From Bacteroidota bacterium (GTDB lineage Bacteria > Bacteroidota > Ignavibacteria > UBA10030 > UBA8401), in the NCBI GenBank assembly GCA_030679145.1, contig JAUXTU010000118.1:17679-81678 (forward strand): a stretch of 64,000 nucleotides of DNA, given 5' to 3'. Position numbers and translations under genes: made by a program. Shown in pieces: positions 1 to 9,222 of the stretch (the stretch's first letter is position 1; every line of letters begins with the position of its first letter). Below the pieces are notes generated by a model. That model ran no database searches. It had not been told where the DNA came from and saw only the letters and a list, made by a program, of their open reading frames with translations.

Positions 1-476
1 TCCTTCAGTACTTGGGTGATTCGTTTCGATTCTTCTTCTATCGAATTGATCTGTGCAAACATATCATGGGAAATCGGCAGCAACTGTTTGATTTTATGCA
101 CCCTCAGCATAATAATGGCAAGCGGATTGTTGATTTGATGCTGCATACCTAATACCATCTCTCGTATGGTATTTATTTGCGTTTCTTTAATTTCCAAATC
201 TTGTTCATTCACAATTCTTTTTGTTTCACTTTCGTGAAGCTGTGTATTAATCTGTATCACTTTCACTAACATCATTGCCAACATCCACATGAATGGCAGC
301 GCATCGAACATTTCAAGGACGGTATAAAAATCCACCGTTGATGTTTTTGCAACAACGAAAAATCTGATCATCACAATGAATAGATACAAGTAGATGATAT
401 ATCCGGAAAGGACCGCCGGATATTTTGCCGGCAGATCTTTAAGACCTCGGAAGATTGTAACGATTGTGTTCATCAT
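1..476 (-). CDS. Membrane-anchored HisKA-domain protein (partial, runs off the left edge)
   Basis: Not in the ORF track; translated by hand from ATG at 476: MMNTIVTIFRGLKDLPAKYPAVLSGYIIYLYLFIVMIRFF...MQHQINNPLAIIM... Two hydrophobic segments, a coiled coil and an H-box (HQINNPL); open to position 1. Confidence 0.8.
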   Translation of the reverse strand, partial: MMNTIVTIFRGLKDLPAKYPAVLSGYIIYLYLFIVMIRFFVVAKTSTVDFYTVLEMFDALPFMWMLAMMLVKVIQINTQLHESETKRIVNEQDLEIKETQINTIREMVLGMQHQINNPLAIIMLRVHKIKQLLPISHDMFAQINSIEEESKRITQVLK

Positions 477-516
477 AAAGCCGCTCTCCGATACAATGAT
501 GATTTTTTTTCGATCA

Positions 517-1653
517 TCATTCCTCTTTTAATTTTGGTAAACGCACTATAACCGTAGTGCCTTGCTTATCTATGCTTTCAATAGAAAGATTCCCGCCGTG
601 AAGTTCTGCAAGTGTTTTTACGATCACCAATCCAAGACCTGCTCCTTGCTGCTCGTAATAACCCCGTTCAAACTGCTGGAATGCTGAGATTCTATGGATC
701 TGTTCTTCAGACATCCCGCGCCCTTCATCTCGTATGATAATGTGTACTTCGGATCCAATTGCTTCACTTGAAATATGCACGGTTGTTCCTGCTTCTGAAA
801 ATTTTAACGCATTGTCAATGATCTCTTCCATGATCTTTGTCAGGTATATTGATGACATTTGAATAAAAACATTTTTGACAGAAAGGAGTATTGCATCAGC
901 ACGTTCATGCATCGACATTTGCTTTTGTGCAACTGTGTGAATGATGTCCTCTACCATTGTTACAGATTCATGACGTAATATTTCGATCTTCTCCCGATCA
1001 TTCATGATAAGTTGTAATTGTCCAAACAAAACAATATTCTCCAATAAATGATGAAGCCGCAAGCCGGATTTATGAATCATTTCCCCTGCCTCTTGGACTT
1101 CATCGGGTGGAAGATTATTTTCTTCCATAAGAATTTGTGAAAATCCAAGTATCGAGTTCAGCGGAGTGCGGAATTCATGTGGAAGAGAATGCAGGATGCT
1201 TGTTTTGATATCCTCAAATTGTGAACTATAATATTTTTGCAATTTCTGTTTTTTATTCAAACGGGTCTTTACCGCCGAAAGAAGTTCTTCGGTACTAAAT
1301 GGTTTGGTAAGATAGTCATCCGCCCCAAGCTGCATCCCTTTTCGCATATCGCCCGGAGCAGTGTTTCCGGTCAAAAAAATGAACGGGATCCCGGCAAATT
1401 CGGGATCTTCTTTCAGCGTACTCAGTAACGTATTACCATCCATCTTCGGCATATTGACATCACAGAGAATAAGATCAGGATTATACATTTTTGCGGCTGC
1501 CAAACCGTCTAATCCATTTTTTGCATTGAACACTTCGTACCCTGAAAATTGCAGTGCCATTGTTATGATATCGCGGTAGTTCTCTTCGTCATCAATAATG
1601 AGAATTTTTTGCGGTCCAACGAAAAATTCCGAGTTTATCCTTTCCATGTCCAT
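517..1653 (-). CDS. Hybrid response regulator / histidine kinase (REC-HisKA-HATPase)
   Basis: KILIIDD...DVNMPKMDG...FIFLT...KPF receiver; H-box PHEFRTPLN; N-box IIDNALKF; G-boxes DEGRG and GAGLGL. Confidence 0.93.
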   Translation of the reverse strand: MDMERINSEFFVGPQKILIIDDEENYRDIITMALQFSGYEVFNAKNGLDGLAAAKMYNPDLILCDVNMPKMDGNTLLSTLKEDPEFAGIPFIFLTGNTAPGDMRKGMQLGADDYLTKPFSTEELLSAVKTRLNKKQKLQKYYSSQFEDIKTSILHSLPHEFRTPLNSILGFSQILMEENNLPPDEVQEAGEMIHKSGLRLHHLLENIVLFGQLQLIMNDREKIEILRHESVTMVEDIIHTVAQKQMSMHERADAILLSVKNVFIQMSSIYLTKIMEEIIDNALKFSEAGTTVHISSEAIGSEVHIIIRDEGRGMSEEQIHRISAFQQFERGYYEQQGAGLGLVIVKTLAELHGGNLSIESIDKQGTTVIVRLPKLKEE

Positions 1654-1685
1654 ATTAAAGAATTCCTTTACGATATAGCGTGTGA

Positions 1686-4600
1686 CTATTTTGCAATGTT
1701 AACATTTTTTATTGCGTCCATTAATTCCTTACCGGTAAAAGGTTTGTGTAAGAAATAATCAAAGAATTTATCTGCATTGTCATCAGTTGATTCCGGCATT
1801 AGTCCGCTCATACCGATGATCTTGATCGAAGGATTGATCTTTCTGATCGCAGCACTGGCAGTTTTTCCATCCATTACCGGCATCATAATATCGATCAATA
1901 CTACTTCGATTTTTGCTTTACTTTGAATGAACTTTGATATTCCTTCCGTTCCGTTGTTCGCTGTAATGACTTCATAGTTGTAAAAACGAAGGGTTTCCTC
2001 GCACACCGATCGGATCGAAAGTTCATCATCCACGACAAGAATGGTCTCGCTATTCCCCTGTGGAATGTTCCTTTCGGGAGGAACATCGGTCATCGCTCCG
2101 GATTCCGATGACGCAGGTAGATATATCTGAAAACTTGTTCCTTCACCCACATTCGAATCCAATAGGATAAATCCGTGATGTGTTTTAACAATACTATAGA
2201 CCGTGGAAAGACCAAGTCCTGTTCCTTTTCCTATATCCTTTGTTGTAAAGAATGGATCGAATATTTTTTGTTGAATATCCAACGGAATTCCCGATCCTGT
2301 ATCCCGAACTTCGATCACAAGATACCTCCCTTTTTTTGCATCGGGATGACGGGATAGTAATACTTCGTCAATATCCACATTTTTTACATTGATAGAGAGA
2401 CGCCCGCCGTGCGGCATGGAATCGCGAGCATTCACGCAGAGGTTCATCACTACCTGTTGGATCTGCGTTGGATCCGCATTGATAGTCCACAGATCTTTTG
2501 GTGCATAACAGTGAATGCCAATATTCCTTTGGAATGTTTGTTTGATAACATCTTCAACTTCATTAACTATATGTCGGACTTGCATTAAGACCGGTTTGCT
2601 TTCAGCGCCACGCGCAAATCCCAACACTTGAGCAACAATATTTTTTCCCCGTATGGTGGATGATTCGATTGTGTTAATAAGATTTTGCAATGTCTCATCC
2701 TGTACTTTCATCCTCAAAACCTGGACTGAAAGCAAGATAGGTCCCAGAATATTATTCAAATCGTGTGCGATACCGCCGGCAAGCGTGCCGATACTTTCCA
2801 TGCGTTGTGAACGCATAAATTGCTCTTCAAGTTTTTTCTTTTCGGTAATATCAGTATTAATGGAAAGGATGGATTTTGGATTCCCCTTGGTATCATGAAT
2901 GATACTTAATCGAACATCAACCGCAATTTCATTTTTATCTTTTGTTTTATTGGTAACTTCCCCCATAAAAATACCCTCTTTAAATAATTGAATATAGACT
3001 TCGGCAGGTATTATTTTATCGGTAAACAGTAGTTCTTGTGCATCTTTGCCCAATACTTCGCCGGCACTCCATCCATACATACGTTCAGCTCCCTTATTCC
3101 AATACAATATGCGATGGTCCAAATCTCGTAAGATAATGGCATCGTGTGCTTCATTAAGCAATAATGCCTGTTGTTCTATTTGTTCAAAGGATTTTTGTCG
3201 ATCCGTGACATCTTGTTTTATTGCAACAAAATGAGTTATAGCATTTTGTGCATCTCGCACGGGAGTGATGGTCATTTCATCATTGTACAGTGTTCCGTCT
3301 TTCCGTTTATTAACAAACTCACCTCTCCATGCTTTCCCCGTCAGAATTGTCTCCCACATATTCTTATAAATTTCTTCCGATTGTTTGCCGGATTTTAAGA
3401 GTTTTGGATTTTTTCCTTTGACCTCTTGCAGTGTATAACCGGTCATAGAAGTAAAAGCATTATTCACCCAAACGATCGCACCGTCAATATTCGTGATCAC
3501 AATTCCATTTGCTGCTGTTTCAAATGCGGTCAAGAATAATAATTGCAGTTCCTCGATCTTTTTCCGTTCAGTGATATCCTCTGCAACACCGATGAGAGCG
3601 ATACTCTCTCCTTGTTCGTTTCGAATAGCGGAGGTGGAAAGATCGATAAAAAATTCTTCACCGTTCTTTTTACGATTTAAGAGTTCGCCGCGCCAATTTC
3701 CTTGTTTGGTATGCTCCAGAATACCGGAAACCACAACCGGATCGTTCTTAGGAGAGCTCAGTATTGAAATATGCTTGCCTATAACTTCATCAGCCTTGTA
3801 CCCATACTTTGTGCAGAACGCATCATTCACAAAAGTAATCATATCATTCAGATCGGTAATGCTTACACATTCAGTAATGCTGCGAAGCGCATGGGCAAGC
3901 ATGGAAATTTGTTCTTCAGATTTTCTCCGTCCGGTGATATCCCTAATAATTCCTGTATAATATTTCACGGAAGATAATTCCCATTCCGCTAACGATAATT
4001 CTATAGGGAATTCTTTCCCGCTCTTATGTAATCCAAATAGTTCTATCGTCCGCCCGATCACATGACGTTCCCCGTGTTGTTTCATTCGGTTCAAACCGAT
4101 CCGGTGTTCATCAAGATACCGAAGTGGAATTATTTTTTCCAACGTTGTTCCCAGTACTTCTGCTTCTGTATATCCGAATATTTTTTTTGCCGCAGGGTTC
4201 CACTGTAATATTATTCCATTTTCATCGCCTGTGATAACAGCGTCATTTGCAGACTGTGTGACAGACCGGAATCGAAATTCACTTTCGCGCAACCTGATCT
4301 CTGCCTGCTTACTTTCGGTAACATCTCTATTACTAACGCGCCTGCCAATATAATTATGATGTTCATCAAAGATCGGTCTGCATATATGACTAATATTTAC
4401 AATTGAACCATTCTTGGTAATTATTCTGAATTCCGCTTCACTCGATTGTTCTTTATGTTCAACTAAATGAACTTTCCTAAAATGTTCCGCCATAGAAGCA
4501 GCATCATCGGGATGTATTATTTTTTCTACTAATAGAGGATCTGAAATAAATTCATTTTGGGTATAACCGGTTATTATTTCACAAGAAGGAGAGATATATA

Positions 4601-7118
4601 CAATTTGTTTATGTTCGTTTTTCAAGTATTCCCAATCATGCGTATAATCTGCAAGGGTACGGAATTTTTGTTCGCTTAAACGTAAAACTTCTTCTGCTTT
4701 CTTGCGCTCGCTGATATCCCGTTGAATTCCAAGAAATCCAATGATACTTCCTGCTTCATCAAACATCGGACTTGCAGATCCGTCAATATTAATAAGCTTT
4801 CCATCTTTGCTCTTATTAATTAGTTCTGTCTTTACTTCATTTCCATTCAATAAGGTCTTCCAAAAGCCATCGTAGATTTGTGGTTCTAACAATCCACTTT
4901 TAAGAATACGCGGGGTTACTTTGCCAACAACATCGACCGCAGCATAGCCGTATAGGTTTGTGAATCCTGGATTGATGAATGTAAAAATGCCAGTTTTGTC
5001 TGTAAGAAATATTGCTTCGCTGGAATTGTTTACGGCTTTGCTTAATTTTAAGAATGCATCCTCTGTCTGTTTGCGTTCGGTGATATTTTCACAAGTGATG
5101 AATACCGATACTTTCCCCTCCGAGGAGGTCATCGCACGAGCTTTTTCACTCACCCACAAAATGGTCCCATCCTTACGAACTTTGCGTAGCTCCCAAGAAT
5201 GTTCCATACCGATATTTTCCAAACATTGCTTTACCTGTGCTTGAGCGGCTGATTGTTGGTCGGAAGGGAATACTTTTAGAACTGATCCTCCAATCAATTC
5301 TTCAGGTGAATAACCAAGGTGGTTGGCGCCATATTTGTTTACGGAAAGAACGAGACCTTCTATATCTATGGTAAAGAACATTAAGGGTGTACTGTCATAC
5401 AAGTTGCGATAACGTTCTCCACTCAGAATCATCGCTTTCTCCGCTTGCTTGCGCTCAGTGATGTTACTGGAAATTGCCAATTGAACCGTTTTACCAAAAT
5501 AGTTTTCCAATGGAGTAGCATGGGTTTCCATCGTTTGGATATTCCCTTTAAGACTTACTATTCGAAATTCTAAAGTTCCACTCTTTCCCGCACACACGCT
5601 TTTATTGAAATTTATGAACGATGTTCTATCATTTTCATCGATGAGATCATAAAGTGATTTTCCTATCACTTCCTCTTCCGAATCAGCACCAATCATTTTC
5701 ATTCCCGCCGCATTCATAAACAATAACTTTCCGTCGGAATCTACAAGTTTAATGCACTCAGTCCCTGTATTTATAATGTTTTGTAAAAATAAGGTGCTCT
5801 GCTTCAATTCTTGTTCAGCACGCTTGCGTTCGGTGATGTCGCGGAAAATGCTTAGAAGTAACTGCTTGTCGCCATTAGTTTCAAGAAATGCATTCGACAT
5901 TTCCACATTCAATAGGTTCCCGGATCGCAGCTTCAATTCCGCTTCCATTTTTGGAACGATTGTTCTTGTGGAGAATCTTTCCTTATAATGTTGTATCGCT
6001 GTTTGATCCTCTTCATCAGAAGATAAGTATACGATGTTTATCGACTGCCCCTCAATTGCCTCCTTCTTCGCTCCGACTAATTTACAATAAGCATCGTTTA
6101 CTGCAATAATTGTTCCTTTATTGTCAGTGATTCGCATTCCATCAACGGAGTTTTCCCAGACGGATCGGAACCTTTCTTCGCTGGCTTTCAACGCTTCTTC
6201 CGCTTGCTTGCGTTCGGTGATGTCTCGAACGGTGATCTGGACAGCATTTTCTTTGTCATAAATAACCGGTATTGCTTTTACTTCAACATCAACGACAGAG
6301 CCGTCCAATCGTAAAAATTTTTCTTCTGCCGTTGGCAATGATTTTCTCAATGTCATTGTTTCCATCATCCTCTTTGCAACTAACTCTTTAGAATCAGGAT
6401 GTACAAAGTCAATGACAGATCTTCCGATCAAATCATCAACGTTTGATGCTCTCATAAGTGTTACGCTTGATTGATTGGCAAAGACAATTTTCCCTTTGCT
6501 ATAAATAGCAATAGCATCCGGCGAACCTTCCACAAGCAAGCGGTACTTTTGTTCACTCTCGCTTAGATTCTCTTCGATTTTTTGCCTGGTTTCATTTTCA
6601 TTTCTTAAATCTTCAAGAAGATTTAATGTGGCTGTGTGAGTTGCAGTAAGATCACGGGTTTGTTCTTTAATCAATCTGTCGAGTTTTTCGCTTTCCTCGC
6701 GCTTCCCGATATTGGCGTTTTTAATTTTTATCATTGCCCGAATCTGGGCGAATAGTTCCATTGGCTCAATGGGTCTGGCTAGGAATGCCTCCGCGCCGGC
6801 TTCCAAAGCACGCAAACAATTTTTCTTATCTCGTTTAAACGAAGTAACAATAATGATCGGAATATCGCTCAGTGTTTTATCGGCTTTAAGCGTTTGACAC
6901 ACTTCAAAACCATCCATATCGGGCATAACAAGATCGAGCAATATAACATCCGGGTTTTCGGCAGCTGCTAGTTTAAGTCCACTTTTTCCATCCGGCGCAG
7001 TCAATGTTATAGCTTCAGGAAATGCATCTTTTATCATCAATTTCAGAATGACCAAATTGTCATTGGTGTCATCAATGGCCAGTATTTTAATTTTTCCATT
7101 TTTCATAACATATCCCAA
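1686..7118 (-). CDS. Large cytoplasmic hybrid histidine kinase, REC-(PAS/PAC)x10-HisKA-HATPase-REC
   Basis: N-terminal receiver; ten PAS/PAC units each ending in a DITERK-like motif; H-box GGIAHDLNN; NLCVNARD, DTGSG, FFTTK, GTGLGL; C-terminal receiver (CckA-like kinase core). Start may be the Met at 7118 or 7106. Confidence 0.95.
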   Translation of the reverse strand: MGYVMKNGKIKILAIDDTNDNLVILKLMIKDAFPEAITLTAPDGKSGLKLAAAENPDVILLDLVMPDMDGFEVCQTLKADKTLSDIPIIIVTSFKRDKKNCLRALEAGAEAFLARPIEPMELFAQIRAMIKIKNANIGKREESEKLDRLIKEQTRDLTATHTATLNLLEDLRNENETRQKIEENLSESEQKYRLLVEGSPDAIAIYSKGKIVFANQSSVTLMRASNVDDLIGRSVIDFVHPDSKELVAKRMMETMTLRKSLPTAEEKFLRLDGSVVDVEVKAIPVIYDKENAVQITVRDITERKQAEEALKASEERFRSVWENSVDGMRITDNKGTIIAVNDAYCKLVGAKKEAIEGQSINIVYLSSDEEDQTAIQHYKERFSTRTIVPKMEAELKLRSGNLLNVEMSNAFLETNGDKQLLLSIFRDITERKRAEQELKQSTLFLQNIINTGTECIKLVDSDGKLLFMNAAGMKMIGADSEEEVIGKSLYDLIDENDRTSFINFNKSVCAGKSGTLEFRIVSLKGNIQTMETHATPLENYFGKTVQLAISSNITERKQAEKAMILSGERYRNLYDSTPLMFFTIDIEGLVLSVNKYGANHLGYSPEELIGGSVLKVFPSDQQSAAQAQVKQCLENIGMEHSWELRKVRKDGTILWVSEKARAMTSSEGKVSVFITCENITERKQTEDAFLKLSKAVNNSSEAIFLTDKTGIFTFINPGFTNLYGYAAVDVVGKVTPRILKSGLLEPQIYDGFWKTLLNGNEVKTELINKSKDGKLINIDGSASPMFDEAGSIIGFLGIQRDISERKKAEEVLRLSEQKFRTLADYTHDWEYLKNEHKQIVYISPSCEIITGYTQNEFISDPLLVEKIIHPDDAASMAEHFRKVHLVEHKEQSSEAEFRIITKNGSIVNISHICRPIFDEHHNYIGRRVSNRDVTESKQAEIRLRESEFRFRSVTQSANDAVITGDENGIILQWNPAAKKIFGYTEAEVLGTTLEKIIPLRYLDEHRIGLNRMKQHGERHVIGRTIELFGLHKSGKEFPIELSLAEWELSSVKYYTGIIRDITGRRKSEEQISMLAHALRSITECVSITDLNDMITFVNDAFCTKYGYKADEVIGKHISILSSPKNDPVVVSGILEHTKQGNWRGELLNRKKNGEEFFIDLSTSAIRNEQGESIALIGVAEDITERKKIEELQLLFLTAFETAANGIVITNIDGAIVWVNNAFTSMTGYTLQEVKGKNPKLLKSGKQSEEIYKNMWETILTGKAWRGEFVNKRKDGTLYNDEMTITPVRDAQNAITHFVAIKQDVTDRQKSFEQIEQQALLLNEAHDAIILRDLDHRILYWNKGAERMYGWSAGEVLGKDAQELLFTDKIIPAEVYIQLFKEGIFMGEVTNKTKDKNEIAVDVRLSIIHDTKGNPKSILSINTDITEKKKLEEQFMRSQRMESIGTLAGGIAHDLNNILGPILLSVQVLRMKVQDETLQNLINTIESSTIRGKNIVAQVLGFARGAESKPVLMQVRHIVNEVEDVIKQTFQRNIGIHCYAPKDLWTINADPTQIQQVVMNLCVNARDSMPHGGRLSINVKNVDIDEVLLSRHPDAKKGRYLVIEVRDTGSGIPLDIQQKIFDPFFTTKDIGKGTGLGLSTVYSIVKTHHGFILLDSNVGEGTSFQIYLPASSESGAMTDVPPERNIPQGNSETILVVDDELSIRSVCEETLRFYNYEVITANNGTEGISKFIQSKAKIEVVLIDIMMPVMDGKTASAAIRKINPSIKIIGMSGLMPESTDDNADKFFDYFLHKPFTGKELMDAIKNVNIAK

Positions 7119-7142
7119 TGTATTTGTGCTCGTTGTTGAATC

Positions 7143-7416
7143 CTTTGTGTGCTTTGTGGTTTTTTCTTGCGTTCTTTGTGGTTAAACTTCTAACCACTAG
7201 GGACACTAAGACTTACACAAAGGTAACAAAGATTTTTTTTGTGCGCTTTGTGATTTTTCCTTGTGTTCTTTGTGGTTAAAATCCTTACCACGAGGAACAC
7301 GAAGATTTACACAAGGGTCACAAAGATTTTTTGTGTGCTTTGTGATTTTTCTTTGTGTTCTTTGTGGTTAAAATCCTTACCACGAGGAACACGAAGATTT
7401 ACACAATGGTCACAAA
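7143..7416. repeat. Three tandem ~90-bp imperfect palindromic (REP-like) units
   Basis: Unit ~TTTGTGYGCTTTGTGATTTTTCYTTGTGTTCTTTGTGGT-TAAAATCCTT-ACCACGAGGAACACGAAGATTTACACAAGGGTCACAAA; period 94 then 92 bp (TGTGGTTAAA at 7177, 7271, 7363). Confidence 0.92.
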
Positions 7417-7790
7417 TTACCATTGATAACTCTTCTAACACCATTTTTGAAAAGAACGGTATTAAAGTTGATCAATAGACCTAATTTACAATTAGATAGT
7501 TTGAGATACGTAAGAATTTGAGCAAGATGAATGTCATTCAATGCATCAACCGCCTTAATCTCAACAATTAATTTCTTCTCTATCATCAAATCTATCCTGT
7601 ACCCGATATCTAATTTCACTTCCTCATATACAAGAGGTAACGCCTTTTGTTTTTCAACGTAAAGACCTTGCTTGTTAATTTCGTACCATAAACATTCTTC
7701 ATAGCTGCTTTCCAGTAAGCCCGGACCAAGAACTCGGTGCACTTTTAAGCCAAGGTCAAAAACAATTTTTGCAAGTTCATTTTCTGTCAT
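7410..7790 (-). CDS. GxxExxY family protein (PD-(D/E)XK nuclease superfamily)
   Basis: MTENELAKIVFDLGLKVHRVLGPGLLESSYEECL...YRIDLMIEKKLIVEIKAV...AQILTYLKLSNCKLGLLINF. GLLESSY signature and D...ExK catalytic motif. Start placed at ATG 7790 because the longer track ORF reads through the repeat. Confidence 0.93.
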   Translation of the reverse strand: MTENELAKIVFDLGLKVHRVLGPGLLESSYEECLWYEINKQGLYVEKQKALPLVYEEVKLDIGYRIDLMIEKKLIVEIKAVDALNDIHLAQILTYLKLSNCKLGLLINFNTVLFKNGVRRVINGNL

Positions 7791-7798
7791 ATTCTCTA

Positions 7799-8001
7799 TC
7801 GTAACCTTTGTGGTTTTCCTCTTGTGTATTTTGTGGTAAAGAAATAACCACAAGGAACACTAAGATTTACACAAGGTTCACTATCACTTATTTTGTGCGC
7901 TTTGTGGTTTTCCTTTGTGCGCTTTGTGGTTTTCCTTTGTGCCCTTTGTGGTTTAGCTTTTAACCACAACGGACACTATGTTTGCATAAAAGATACAAAG
8001 A
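7799..8001. repeat. Two further palindromic units of the same family, one with an internal 22-bp duplication
   Basis: CTTTGTGGTTTTCCTCTTGTGTATTTTGTGGT...ACCACAAGGAACACTAAGATTTACACAAGGTTCAC, then (TTTGTGCGCTTTGTGGTTTTCC)x2 TTTGTGCCCTTTGTGGT...ACCACAACGGACAC...ACAAAG. Confidence 0.9.
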
Positions 8002-8035
8002 TTTTTGAGTAAGAGAATATATATATTTATTTCAA

Positions 8036-8977
8036 TCACTCAACGATCTTATATTTTTCTTTATGTCCCGATTTTTTTAGAAGTTCGTTCACTTCCTTCT
8101 TAAGTTCAATCATCGTAAGTTCGCGCCCAACCGTAAGGCGGTGGAACCTCTCAAGCTCATTCATCTTATTCAGCAGCACTTCTTTCGCCTTTTTACGCTC
8201 GGTGATATCGTGAACGATGATCTGGATAGCAGGTCTTTTATCATAGACGATCGGAATTGCTTTTATTTCTACGTCAACTTCGGAACCATCCGATCGTATA
8301 ATTTTTTCTTCTGCCATCGGCAACGCCTTGCCCAACGTACTTGTTTCCGTCATTCTTTTCGCAATAAAATCTTTAGAATCAAAATGAAAATAATCGCCGA
8401 CAGGCTTTCCAATCAATTTATCAACACTTGTGGTCCCCCAAAGCAATGCACTTGAAAAATTGGCAAAGACAATTTTCCCTTCGCTATAAATTACAATAGC
8501 ATCCGGTGAACCTTCTATCAGCGAACGGTACTTTTGTTCACTCTCCTGCAATATCCCTTCCGCTTCTTTTCGTTTCTTTCTTTCCATTGCTTCTTCGAGC
8601 GCCCGCTGTACTGCAACGGGTAGCCGATCGGGTTTATCTTTTAGAATATAATCAACAGCTCCTTGTTTAATGAGCTCGATGGCAGTTTCTTCTCCTATAG
8701 ATCCGGAGACACAAAGAAAGGGAGTACCAGGAGAGATGATACAGGCTAATTGTAATGCTTTGAATGCATTGAAACCGGGTAACTTAAAATCGGATAAAAT
8801 AATATCATATGCTCGGCTGTGTAGTTTAGCGGTAAAATCGTTTTCAGTTTCAACGCGTTCAATCTTTAAATGAAAACCGGCATCGGTCAACAATTCGCAG
8901 ATGATCTCGAAGTCACGTTCAGAATCTTCGAGCGACAACACGGCGAGTGGGGCACCCGGTTTAATTTTTTGAGTCAT
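8036..8977 (-). CDS. Response regulator with REC and PAS domains and a C-terminal coiled coil
   Basis: LSLEDS...ILSDFKLPGFNA...VSGSIGEETA...DYILK receiver; one PAS/PAC; ends GRELTMIELKKEVNELL. Confidence 0.9.
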   Translation of the reverse strand: MTQKIKPGAPLAVLSLEDSERDFEIICELLTDAGFHLKIERVETENDFTAKLHSRAYDIILSDFKLPGFNAFKALQLACIISPGTPFLCVSGSIGEETAIELIKQGAVDYILKDKPDRLPVAVQRALEEAMERKKRKEAEGILQESEQKYRSLIEGSPDAIVIYSEGKIVFANFSSALLWGTTSVDKLIGKPVGDYFHFDSKDFIAKRMTETSTLGKALPMAEEKIIRSDGSEVDVEIKAIPIVYDKRPAIQIIVHDITERKKAKEVLLNKMNELERFHRLTVGRELTMIELKKEVNELLKKSGHKEKYKIVE

Positions 8978-9051
8978 AATATGCTCCTACAGTTTCAAGT
9001 TAATAACCGATGTTACGCAAGATGGTTTTTTTTCGAAAAATATTGAGTTTC

Positions 9052-9127
9052 GTCATTCCAGCGTACGCTGGAATCCACGTTTTTGAGTTATTGTTGCAAG
9101 ATGGATGCCAGCTTTCGCTGGCATGGC
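9052..9127. repeat. Inverted pair of 26-bp palindromic REP-like elements (GTCAT...TCCA type)
   Basis: GTCATTCCAGCGTACGCTGGAATCCA (9052-9077) and TGGATGCCAGCTTTCGCTGGCATGGC (9102-9127); each is a hairpin and the two are inverted relative to each other. Confidence 0.8.
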
Positions 9128-9222
9128 AGCCCTTCTTTATTTGTTTTGTATAAAGTAAGTTAAGAATATTGTTTAAACAATGGTCATACTGAGCAAGATT
9201 TCCTGTTTAGTAATGTTATACC

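Noticed and set aside
7263-7478. 71-aa + strand ORF, and the 21-aa N-terminal extension of the GxxExxY ORF (7791-7853)
   Set aside because: Both are read-through of the repeat DNA; the family-like sequence starts at MTENE (7790).
7143-8001. CRISPR array
   Set aside because: Units are ~90 bp, degenerate and palindromic along their whole length; there are no unique spacers (units 2 and 3 share the same loop) and no cas genes in the window.
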